64,000 bases of DNA, taken from NCBI GenBank assembly GCA_010093745.1, contig MU005957.1, positions 124,001 to 188,000 on the forward strand, read 5' to 3'. The notes under the pieces were generated by a model. That model worked only from the letters and a program-made list of their open reading frames with translations, did no database searches and was not told the origin of the DNA. Position numbers and translations under genes: made by a program. The DNA comes from Piedraia hortae CBS 480.64 (lineage: Eukaryota). Positions 22,608 to 32,621 of this stretch are shown piece after piece (position 1 is the stretch's first letter; each line of letters starts with the position of its first letter).

Positions 22608-24262
22608 GTTCCACGCGCCATCCAAAGCCGGTGGGCCTGCCTACGTGGGGCGACTCATCCCCGAATGGGAAGGCACGCCGGCTAATCCCCGGCTGCCCCA
22701 CACAGGAGGGTAGGTATATATACCCCGCTTCCCAGACTTCAAAATGGGTTAGTAACTGGGCGGGGCAGGAGGTACTAACCATTCAACCACTGTGAACTAT
22801 TTCCTCCCTGATTAGACTAGACCCAGGGAGAAATCCGCGCAGTATATAAATTGAGTAATGGGCAGTCGTCACGGAATTAAGGGTGAGGCTTGGGAGGCTA
22901 ACACTTTTTGCCGCTTGTATCGCTTGTTCTTTTTGTCGTGCAATAGGATTAGACGAGGAAGCTGCTATAAGGCTCGTTGCAGAGCTGATTCGTAATCAGC
23001 TAAACTCCGACCTAGTAGGTCGGAGTATATGGCTGTGCCCGGGGGGAGGGGAGGGGGGGGCAGGGAAGAAAGCCGTAGCTAGTTGCTGATACAGCGACCT
23101 TCAATTTTCATGTAGCATGGATAAGAACAAAGGTTGTCAACATTTGCATTACCCGCCTATGGAGAAATCTGTGATAACCATATCGTCCCCGACAAGGCCG
23201 TCTTTTCTTCAAAAGTGCAGTCGGGACGAGTTATCACGTAGCGGGTAAGGAAGCCAGTAGCACGGAAGAAGCAACCCATGGTGATACAACTGCAACATTA
23301 AGGGACAGGTTAGGGGGCACTGAAAATTTTCCAGTGAAGCCAAGAAGAAGAGAACGATCAGGGTTCTTGTCGGGCTTCGATATGATAGCACATGGTGGAA
23401 TGGGATGTGACGTAATGCGGGGAGCATGCCCTTAAGTTCATTGTACGTAGAGGTTGATAAGATACTACAACCCACTTCTGTGATTCCATATTGTACGTTC
23501 GTATTAAAGCCATCCAACAGCTCTCAATTTCAATTCAATCTTGATCAATCGTCCATATCCTTTTCTGAAGAGTTTATAATTGATTGGAAAAATTCCATTG
23601 GTCTCTGATAGTGCAGTTCCACCAAATGCTACATAATTTGACATCTCGCAGTTAATTGGAAACTTCCACTCGAATCAACCACAGTTTGTGCGTGCAAGAC
23701 GAAGCGTAACGACGCCGCTCTCATTGCTACTGGCGTGACATCTTCTCTTGGCAGCCAGCTCACACGGGAAATGGCCCTTTTGACAAGACGTCCTGCACTG
23801 ATAGACTCATAGGGTACTTTCTTGCGCCGCGCTTTGGTTGCTGCGCCTTCCGGGCTCTGTTGTTGAGGTTTGGAAGCAGTTTTCTCTCGGCGCTCTTCGT
23901 AACATCAATGGGAATGGCCTGAATGGGTTGACAAGAGGCCACGGGAGCCTCGTCTGGATAAGAGTCTATCATATCATTGACCGAGCATTGAGGATGATCG
24001 ATCAATGGGCGAAAACTGGCGCGACAGTACCAGGCCCTGCAGATAAGATCTCTGGTTTGCTAGTACATCTGCTTGGTACGCCGGCGCGCTTTCGGTATCT
24101 TCCTGCCGTCGTAGAAGGCATACTGTCCCTGGCCCGCGGCGTTCAACGTATCGGTCTAGCTTTTTGCTGGCAGCTTTGCCGCTGCGTCCAGTATATCGCC
24201 CTCGAGCCCACTTACCACGTGTATCGTGGCAGGGTGTGCCTCATAGTGGCGTACGCCTCTCC

Positions 24263-24664
24263 TTACGACTCTAGGAAGGCCTCTTGAAAAGGACCAAGAA
24301 AACCCTTGTAGCGGACCATGAGATCCCACTCGTCCTCTGCATTTGACTCCACAGGTGCAGCAGGGACGGGCGGTGAGTGGACGGGTATTCCCCACAAGTC
24401 ATCCTCCATACAGGTGAGTTCTGGGAACACTGGTATCTCATTGTGGGCTCGATCGAGGGAAGGTGATGACGCTGGCAAACGATGGCGGAGAGGTGTGGCG
24501 TGGGGATGCGTTCCAGCCGCGGCGACCTCCAGTTCGGTGTCGGCTTGTTTCTTGGCCCTACACCTCGCGAGGCATATCGCGATCACATAGAGATTCGACC
24601 CCGAGCTGGTTATAACGAAGCCCACGATGCCCAGTACCTCCAATGGCGACATTTTGACCACCAT
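24263..24664 (-). CDS. Hypothetical protein with N-terminal hydrophobic helix (possibly a partial or relic gene)
   Basis: 133-aa ORF: a TM-like N-terminus, then a basic patch and an acidic/Pro-rich region. No family recognised. Confidence 0.3.
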   Translation of the reverse strand: MVVKMSPLEVLGIVGFVITSSGSNLYVIAICLARCRAKKQADTELEVAAAGTHPHATPLRHRLPASSPSLDRAHNEIPVFPELTCMEDDLWGIPVHSPPVPAAPVESNAEDEWDLMVRYKGFLGPFQEAFLES

Positions 24665-24779
24665 TCGTTAGTTATCCGACGAGAATTGCAAAGTGGGGCT
24701 GCTTGCCCTTTTGAAAGTGGCAGTCAGGTTGAAGGAGAGAAGAAGACAGCCCCGCTCTAGAAGCTGCACATGTACAGGC

Positions 24780-25850
24780 TTTTGTATGAGCGCTTGCTCG
24801 AGCATGTCGAATGTCGAGTTCCACCGCGTCTCATTGCTAAGTACCGGCTTCCTTTGCGACGCAATCGCTTCTTTGCATGCTTTTCTAAAGCAACAAGCTC
24901 ATTGTCGTCATCTCGTACATGCTTAATGAGCTTTTCGAGGGTGGCCAAAGTGGGTTCGATGATTTCGAGGGCGGAGTCTGCAGCCAACTTCAGGACATGG
25001 GCGAAGCAGCGCATAAGACAATCTCTGCCCTTGACCAGACCGTTACTGATGGCGATGGACACGAAGCTGCTATTATTGCTAGCGTTGTCCATTGTGATGG
25101 CTATGATCTTGTGAGCTAAAGGTTTAACAAAAGAAAAGGGGCTGTAGCCTAGCCTTGGACTAGTAGGCTCTCCCATCATGAAGACTTGTTCGAACAAGTG
25201 AGTCATGAGTTTGTAGATCTTAATGCCCTTGTGCCTTTTACAGAATCCATTGGATCCGGCAACCACGAACGAGCACTTCCAATCTTTCGTGGTCAAGTAA
25301 CAGGCGAGGCAAATGAAGGGGACCCCCATCCCCCCCCCCCCCCCCCCTGGGCAGTCTAGATGTCAGTAGTGAAGCTGAACGTGAAGGCCATGGTAAGGAT
25401 CCGTGTGAACACCTGAATTTTGCTTTGCTCATATTTTTTTGGACTCTTCCTGATAAAGTCCGTGCAGACATTACCTTAAGATCAGGGTTGATGCCATTGG
25501 TCATTTGTCAAAACTCTTTGCATAAAACAACGTAGTGCGACTGTTGGTCACCTATGACCCACTTTGCTAGGCTCATATCAAATAGAAGATGTTTTTTTTT
25601 TTTCAAAAGTTTCGGCTTTTCGTTCATCCATGGCGAAACATTTTCGGAATAGTCATCGAAACTGCTCCAGGACTGGAAATACCGCAGCATACCATCTCAT
25701 ACTTCTTTATGCTTGCGTTTCAGATGTTTCGAAAGACTTACCTTGGTCTGAGGCAAGGCCCTTGGAGTTCCTGGCGTGAACAAGTTCATTACCACAGATT
25801 GAACTCTTTTGGGTGTGGGTTTTCGGTCCCACCCTTCCACCAATCAAAAC
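24780..25850 (-). pseudogene. Degraded hAT-superfamily transposase
   Basis: Motifs occur in order across frameshifts and stops: BED-finger remnant (ICGNEL...LSKHLKRKH, ~25709-25800), LAKWVI...NPDLKVMSARTL, FSFTTDI*T (first catalytic D), ITMDNASNN (second D), RCFAHVLKL (CxxH) and NETRWNSTFDMLE (24812-24829). The C-terminal part is missing. Confidence 0.9.
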
Positions 25851-26040
25851 CTCTTTTTTGCCCTAAAATCTAATCCTTAGCCTGACTCAAAAGAGGGGTT
25901 TTAATTGGTGGAAAGGGTAGAACCGAGACTAGCTCAAACGGAAGAGTTCCGCGGCATCGGCAAAATCCGCGACACACAACGGAAACCTCAACCGCCACAT
26001 AAAAAACCACAGTTGAACAAGACAAGCAAGTAAAATCGAA

Positions 26041-26640
26041 ATGGAAACAATCGAACGATCCCGATTTCGCTCGGACTCTCGAAGGAAATCACAGGGTCTG
26101 CGGTGGAAAATGCACGATAATTACCGTGAACGATCCCGAGACCGGGAGAGCCATCAGAAGGGGAGCACAGTCAGAGGCCCTGACAAAAGGGATAGGGACC
26201 GATCACGATCACACTCACCCCGACCGAAGCCCTCAGCAAGTAGCAAGGGGTTCAAGTACAAGTACAAGACAAAATCGACAGAAGCCGATCAAAATCAGGA
26301 CAAGTATGGCAGTCGGGCAATGGATTCAGTCAGCAAGCCCCCCAAGCCAAAAGTCCAAGATAAACCGGCTGCGGCATACAAACTCTCAACAGGGCCTGCA
26401 GAACCAATGATAATAGTCAATGTCAACGATCGTCTGGGTACGAAAGCAGCGATTCCATGTTTAGCAAGCGACAGCGTAAAGAACTTCAAGGCACTTGTTG
26501 CTGCACAGATTGGACGGGCTCCGCACGAGATTCTGCTTAAGAGGCAAGGGGAGCGTCCGTTCAAAGACCAGTTGACGCTGAAGGATTACGGAGTCAGTAG
26601 TGGTGTACAGCTGGATTTGGAGTTGGACACGGGTGATTGA
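26041..26640 (+). CDS. Hub1/UBL5-like ubiquitin-fold protein with RS/RD-rich N-terminal extension
   Basis: C-terminal MIIVNVNDRLGTK...CLASDSV..FKALVAAQIG...KDQLTLKDYGV aligns by eye with Hub1 (MIEVVVNDRLGKK...DSVGDFK...KDHISLEDYEV). Confidence 0.85.
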   Translation: METIERSRFRSDSRRKSQGLRWKMHDNYRERSRDRESHQKGSTVRGPDKRDRDRSRSHSPRPKPSASSKGFKYKYKTKSTEADQNQDKYGSRAMDSVSKPPKPKVQDKPAAAYKLSTGPAEPMIIVNVNDRLGTKAAIPCLASDSVKNFKALVAAQIGRAPHEILLKRQGERPFKDQLTLKDYGVSSGVQLDLELDTGD

Positions 26641-26734
26641 GGGGGGGTGAGGGGCTAAGCGGGTAGGGTTAGGCTTAAGTACTGTAGGAGATGTAATTGC
26701 CGAATCAACGACCAGCAGAGTTACCTTGTCCATC

Positions 26735-27932
26735 ATGGAGGGAATGTATGTTCCTACGTGCACTCTTTGACCGATATATCCTGACCGGCGACCAGGTTCT
26801 ACAACGCGGAGAACGGTTACGTTGAGGGCATCGTTCGCGGCTACTGCAACGCGCTCCTGACGGGCCAGAATTACAACAACCTTGTGCAGTGCGAGACAAT
26901 TGATGGTAAGGCAAAAGATCCCAGGGGTAGATATACGTCTGACGATATGTGACAGATGTGAAGCTCCAGCTTGGCCCAGCATACGGCGACTTCCTGGCCT
27001 CATTACCCCCCAACCCGTCTACATCTTCCCTCGCCGACAAGACGCTCGACAAACTCGTAGCCGAATTCCGCTATATCCAAGCCAATGCCACGGGCTCACT
27101 CGCAAAGTTCATGGACTACCTGACCTACGCCTACATGATTGACAACGTAGCCCTGCTCATCACCGGCACTCTCCACGAACGCGACACACGAGAACTGCTG
27201 GAAAGGTGTCATCCGCTGGGATGGTTCGAGACGATGCCGGTGCTCTGCGTCGCCACCAACATCGAAGAATTGTATAACAGTGTCTTGGTCGAGACTCCGC
27301 TGGCACCGTACTTCAAAGGCAGCCTCTCATCGCAGGATCTCGACGAGATGAATATCGAAATCGTACGAAACACGCTGTACAAGAACTATCTCGAGGACTT
27401 TTATCGATTCGTCAACGAAGACCCCGCGCTGCGTGGCACTCCGACGCAAAAGGTGATGTGCGAACTACTGGAGTTTGAGGCGGACCGACGGAGCATCAAC
27501 ATAACCCTCAACTCGTTCGACACGGACCTGAGCAAAGCCGACCGTAAACGGCTATACCCGCACTTTGGACGTCTGCATCCAGAGGGAACGTTGATGCTCA
27601 GCCGGGCGGATGACGTGGAAGGTGTTCGCATCGCGGTGGACGGGGTGCACGATTACCGCACCATGATGGATCAGGCGGGACTTTCGGGGACGGGAGGGTT
27701 GGGTAACCAGAGCGGCGGTGTGGGAGACGATGGCGGCAAATCCCTCGAGGACCTCTTCTACCAAAAGGAGATGGAAATCAGCAAATTGGCGTTTACCCAC
27801 CAATTCACACATGCCATTGTGTGTGCGTGGGTAAAGCTGAAGGAGCAGGAGATCAGAAATATCACATGGATTGCCGAATGCATTGCGCAGAACCAACGGG
27901 AGAGGATTGGGGGGTTCATCAGCGTGTTTTAG
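26735..27932 (+). CDS. VMA6: V-ATPase V0 subunit d
   Basis: MEGMFYNAENGYVEGIVRGY..., YMIDNVALLITGTLHERD, CHPLGWF and EQEIRNITWIAECIAQ. Introns at 26746-26795 and 26906-26955. Confidence 0.97.
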
Positions 27933-28031
27933 ATTGTATGATGATGTTTGTTTTACATTCCGGCAGATGGTCTAATTGGACCACTGGAACATATCTTACA
28001 TGGCAAACCTACATGGCAAAAATTTTCTTCT

Positions 28032-28808
28032 TCAATCGACTTCCATCTCGGAGCCCGATTGGGCTTGGGACGAGATGACGGAATTCGTCTCCGCCTTCAG
28101 CACACCTCCCGGCGCCGCCAAACTCAGTTCGGGCAGCATCTGCAGCCGGGGCAACAGCTGTGCGGCCTCTTCGGTGACAAGCCGCGCCTCTGCAAGGTCG
28201 TGCGAGAAGATGTAATACTGCGTTGCACCGGAGTAAGCATGGTTTGCCTCTACAAGGTACCCCGGAAGCGCACTATTCTCGAACCAGACAGATACCTGTC
28301 GCAGAGAAGGGTAATGGTTCTGTATGAATTTAGAATACGCAGCCTTGTTGATGGCGCGACCTTCGCTAGAATCCATGCGCGTCCAGCTTATGCCCAACTT
28401 GCGTGTTGCTTCATCGATGAGCGGCTCGGCCGTGGCCTCACGCATTTGAGGCGGAAGAACGAGTTGTGCGAGATGGTCGCCAGACGCGTCAGTGCTCATG
28501 CCGCGACGTTGCGACTTGCGACTGCTGGTTGAGGGCCGTTTGAAAGGTTCGTCATCGACGCAGGACTGCGATTCGGCAGTTGCAATGTAGCCCGGCGAGT
28601 TGGGGTAGATTAGTGTCATCCCGGGCCCGTAGATGGGCTCGCCCCGTGAGATCTCGACTGCGACGGACCCATCTTCCACTTGGTCGCATTCATCCGCTGT
28701 GTAGATGTCGGCACGGGAGCGCTTGCGTCCAGCTAATGATGTTGGAGTGGGTGGAATGGATGAGGGTGACACCGGCTCGCAATACGCTTTGGTAAAATAG
28801 CCTGTCAT
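28032..28808 (-). CDS. Fungal hypothetical protein
   Basis: Open ORF from MTGYF with RKRSR, EPIYGPGMTLIYP, LGISW and YYIFSHDL segments that look like a real globular C-terminal domain. Confidence 0.7.
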   Translation of the reverse strand: MTGYFTKAYCEPVSPSSIPPTPTSLAGRKRSRADIYTADECDQVEDGSVAVEISRGEPIYGPGMTLIYPNSPGYIATAESQSCVDDEPFKRPSTSSRKSQRRGMSTDASGDHLAQLVLPPQMREATAEPLIDEATRKLGISWTRMDSSEGRAINKAAYSKFIQNHYPSLRQVSVWFENSALPGYLVEANHAYSGATQYYIFSHDLAEARLVTEEAAQLLPRLQMLPELSLAAPGGVLKAETNSVISSQAQSGSEMEVD

Positions 28809-29077
28809 GATGTTGGTGTGAACCGGAGCGCAACTACCACAACGCGACCAGAGAGTGTGGGGCTGATGCAAGGGCGCGCGAGTCGTGTCATGCGGGGTCC
28901 CGCCCCCAGGTTTTAAAAACCAGGGTAATCCACTTTTTATCCAGTTTAGGTAGGTGTAGGAACAAGGAACCGATTGTTGACATGTTCATTCTCTTTTACT
29001 TGCACAGGAAAGTCTCACCAACTTAGCCGAAGCTTTGTACGAGTCGAATCTCTTGCACAGATTTTGGCTTCCTGCAT

Positions 29078-29113
29078 CACCTCGAGCGCACCTCGAGCGC
29101 ACCTCGAGCGCAC
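29078..29113. repeat. 11-bp tandem repeat (CACCTCGAGCG x3)
   Basis: Three perfect copies plus CAC. Confidence 0.95.
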
Positions 29114-29288
29114 TCACCTAGCCTGATTTAGCCAATGCCTGAACTCAACATGAGAACTTCCATCCATCTGGGGAATATGACCATCGTAGAAAGCAACTTT
29201 CACATTGATTACGAGTATATGAAATCATACTGCTCAGAATATTGATTAAAATCACAAATCTGTAGGATATGTGCATATGCAACATAAG

Positions 29289-30413
29289 TCATTCCCGTCG
29301 TAAAAGACCACCAGGATCCTCAAGGTGTGGTTCCTCCATAGGGGCACTCGGAAGAGGTTCTATCAAAACATGCTCTTCTGTGAAACTAAAAGAACTGCCC
29401 CGTCGAGGCCTCTCGGTCTCGTCACGCAGGTGCTCCGGTAGTCGCATGCCCATGGAGCGAAAGAGGTTTTCTTCGCTGCTGAACGAACCAATCTGGGTTT
29501 GTCTCTGGCGGCGGCCCAAGGCAGTCTCCACCGAGGGCCTGTGGCCATTGGAGGTGTGAAATTTACGACGCTTGGTGCCCTTATCGCGGAGGAAGCTGCC
29601 AAGGATAACGGCATTGGCAACACCAGTTGCAGCTAATATCTCAGAAGACGCCCAAACGGTGCGATACTGCTGACGACCGTGGTGCTTGATGACATTGGGC
29701 ATGCGACAGGCGGTGATGACGATGAGAACTGTGGAGAGACCGAAGAGGGCGGAAAGCTGCAGCTGACGACGCCAGGTCTGGCCAGAGAGCAATATCATGG
29801 GAATGGGAAAGACGATCAGGACAATGTCAGTGATAACGTCGGAGATACCCATGGTGAGCAGATGGGCATATCCATTGCGGCATTGCGGGGGCGGAGAAGG
29901 AACCACCTGCCAGTTGAGCTGAATGGGACGGCATTCGGCCAGAGCAGCGATGACGACGCCAATGAAAGTGACCAGCAGAAAACCGCGGATCATATCAATG
30001 GCAATGTCGAGGCTTCGGCGGCCAACTTGCATGGTGATACGGCGCAGAAACTCGCTGACGGTGAGCTTACAGGCCCAGATATACATGGCATAGAATATGC
30101 GGGCGGCCAAAACAGCGCGGGAGCCAATGCTTCGATGGTCGATTTCCGTATCTGAGAAGGGTGTTATCGGGAGGCGGACATTGTTGGTGTCGTAGATGAG
30201 GGCCATGTGCACAAGTGCCATGCGGGTTGCCAGCGGTATGAGGGCTGCCAACATGATCCAGTCCTCGCGAAACAGTCGGTTACTGCGGATCTTGCGGCCG
30301 GCCAGACGGACAAGGATGATGACAAGTGAAAATCCGGTAATCCACCACGAATAGAGCAGAGTCGGCCGTCTGGATGCTGGGGGACGAAATTCCGGCGGAT
30401 CCGAGGAAAGCAT
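29289..30413 (-). CDS. PTH11-like 7-TM integral membrane protein (fungal rhodopsin domain)
   Basis: Seven hydrophobic helices with RL..R...EDW, W.CKLT...F..R, ECRPI...W, C, D.ITD......PIP and W...E motifs. Confidence 0.85.
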   Translation of the reverse strand: MLSSDPPEFRPPASRRPTLLYSWWITGFSLVIILVRLAGRKIRSNRLFREDWIMLAALIPLATRMALVHMALIYDTNNVRLPITPFSDTEIDHRSIGSRAVLAARIFYAMYIWACKLTVSEFLRRITMQVGRRSLDIAIDMIRGFLLVTFIGVVIAALAECRPIQLNWQVVPSPPPQCRNGYAHLLTMGISDVITDIVLIVFPIPMILLSGQTWRRQLQLSALFGLSTVLIVITACRMPNVIKHHGRQQYRTVWASSEILAATGVANAVILGSFLRDKGTKRRKFHTSNGHRPSVETALGRRQRQTQIGSFSSEENLFRSMGMRLPEHLRDETERPRRGSSFSFTEEHVLIEPLPSAPMEEPHLEDPGGLLRRE

Positions 30414-31319
30414 TATGGAGTTACGACCATGGCGATGTTATCTATGTGATGGTTGTGACATGGCACAGCGGCTCCGGCGGTAATGCGCAGATAGCACTGC
30501 ATGTAGCGCCTTGACCTTGACCGCTGTGGTGCTCTGCTTGATCGCTCTGACAGCTGTTTGGGACGCCTGACGGTGTACCGTTCAGATCCAGCGTGACCTC
30601 GAACGTTCAGCTTATCATAGCTAAAGCTGGGCGCTAGTCTCAACCTTGCTGCTAGGCCTCCAGTAGCCTGGCTGTATTGGGACGTAATCGGGCCCCGTGT
30701 GGCTGTGCACTAAGAGTAGCTGCGCGTTTTATTGCCAGCAGCAGCACCTTCGACCAGTTCAACATGTTAACAGGTATGGGCACGAGAACGCATGTAGTTC
30801 CCCTTACATTCCATCTAGATAACTCGGATATGGTTCACATGTGTCAGTCGCATGTCTGCGCTACTGGCGCGCATGCCCTGATTGGGGAAAAAGCAAAACC
30901 TAGGTTACGATGCTTTTAATTTTTCAAACAGCGGTAAGGTGGGATGTGTGGGATGAGTAGCATAACAGGATGAGAATAGCAGAATGAAAAACAAGCGTTA
31001 CAAGCGTTGGAGCTCTAGACCGTCGGGATGCCCGACCAAAATCTTCAGTGACAGTCAGTCGGCCCCACTACGTGCCCAAGTCAAAGGTTATCAGCGGCAC
31101 GATCTGTCGATGCAGTCAATCGGACTGGTTTTGGTCAAGCCCCTCAATATCAAGCCCAATCAAGTCTTCAATCGCTTGCACATTCTGCCGTCCTTCTCTC
31201 CTTTATCCCTTACCCCTACTCCGCCTTCACACGTGCCCACAACTGCTCGTTTTTTTAGTGCCGTTGAAGAAAACTTTTATAGGCTTGTCATTCCTCGTTC
31301 TCTTCCTTTCCCAGCAGGT

Positions 31320-32096
31320 ATGATGACTACAACGAGTCCCTCTCATCAGCTCCTCCTCTCGGCCGAAGAGGAAGATGTCCTCGCCCAATCAGAAGGTTTC
31401 GGGCTATTACGAGACCACCTCGCTCTGCACTACCGCGAACCATTTTGCGAACACCACCAGAACTCGCTGGAGGGCGCGCGATGGGAAATAGCACGCGATC
31501 TCCTGCACGCCTGTCTAGTGCCGCTTGTGGAAGTTTACGACCTCGCCGCAGTTTTAGCCGCGCGTCATGCGCGGCCAGCCCAACGGCCCGAGGAGGTTTT
31601 CACAGGTGCGGCCCGGTCCGCCTATGTCTGGCTGCAAACGTTTTTATCGCACCAGCGAAATCGCGACTGGTGCTACACACGCGGTTGTCCAGCCTGCGTC
31701 GTGATTTCAGTTCTCAATACCGAGTCTACCTTGCGCATGCTCTATGTTGCCTGCCTGCTGAGCAACGTTCACTATCCCTTTACCATCGAAGGGCCCACGC
31801 TCCCCTCGTTCTTCTTTTACCTCGAGCGGTTGCGCAGCGCAGTCATGCAGACTCCGCGCTTCGACGATAACCTACTGGACATGCTGCAGATACGTGCCGA
31901 CCAGATCGTCACAAGCATCGAAGATCTCATGTTGCAGGCCCTCGAGCTTGACCGCTGCGGCACCCGGGCTCCTCGTTTCAAATCGGCGGACGAGAAATAT
32001 CGGATAGATGTAGCTGTGCAGCGGTGCCGGGAGATGTCTGATGACGATGGCATGTCTTCATGCTGTGAAGCACCATTGCCCCAGGCAGTGTTGTAG
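31320..32096 (+). CDS. Fungal hypothetical protein (FCxHH...WCxxxGCPAC motif)
   Basis: Likely start MMTTT at 31320; contains the Cys/His clusters PFCEHH and DWCYTRGCPAC. Confidence 0.7.
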   Translation: MMTTTSPSHQLLLSAEEEDVLAQSEGFGLLRDHLALHYREPFCEHHQNSLEGARWEIARDLLHACLVPLVEVYDLAAVLAARHARPAQRPEEVFTGAARSAYVWLQTFLSHQRNRDWCYTRGCPACVVISVLNTESTLRMLYVACLLSNVHYPFTIEGPTLPSFFFYLERLRSAVMQTPRFDDNLLDMLQIRADQIVTSIEDLMLQALELDRCGTRAPRFKSADEKYRIDVAVQRCREMSDDDGMSSCCEAPLPQAVL

Positions 32097-32621
32097 GATC
32101 ATGAACCAGGCGCTACGTTGGAATGAGTGGACGAAGCGGTTTTTCAGCGTCATTAGCGTTCTGTTCGAAAGTAGTGTATATTGAAATGCTTTTCTTGCCG
32201 CCAAACTGGGTAGTGCCTTTTCCCCAATGTTACCACTAGGTAGCAGTACTGGAAACTCTCGTCCCAGTTTACAATTTTGCTGACAGAACCCAATCAAGTT
32301 TGATCACAGCTGCATTCAGCACCAGGTTCCTCACAAACCCCGGTACCAGAAGCTAACGGAAAATAACCTCAGTTGTCCCTTGCCGGCTGGATGCTGGATC
32401 TCAACCATTACTGAGCTGGGCCCTATAACCCTCCACTCCAGCTTTTAACTGAGCCTAAGTATTCTTGGCCGGATGATTTAAGCTGACGCAAACCATATTG
32501 AACCAACAAAGTGAGAAGGATCTTGTCAGCGGGGCGGGGCGTTAGGGTTCGATACACACCTTAGGGTCCATCCGACGCGACCAGACGAAATCGCAAAGAA
32601 TCTCAAAGTGAGACAGCAAAA

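Noticed and set aside
22626..22701. HDV-like ribozyme
   Set aside because: The pairings are pseudoknot-like, but P1, P1.1 and P4 could not be placed in the canonical order. It is kept only as part of the structured-segment finding.
18100..25930. Starship or other tyrosine-recombinase giant element
   Set aside because: No DUF3435 captain ORF, typical cargo genes or interrupted 5S target is visible; the 5S gene is intact.
26651..26680. Telomere-like TAGGGTTAGG hexamers (also near 14712, 32542 and 44874)
   Set aside because: Only one or two degenerate units occur at each site. They may be promoter motifs but cannot be told from chance without genome-wide statistics.
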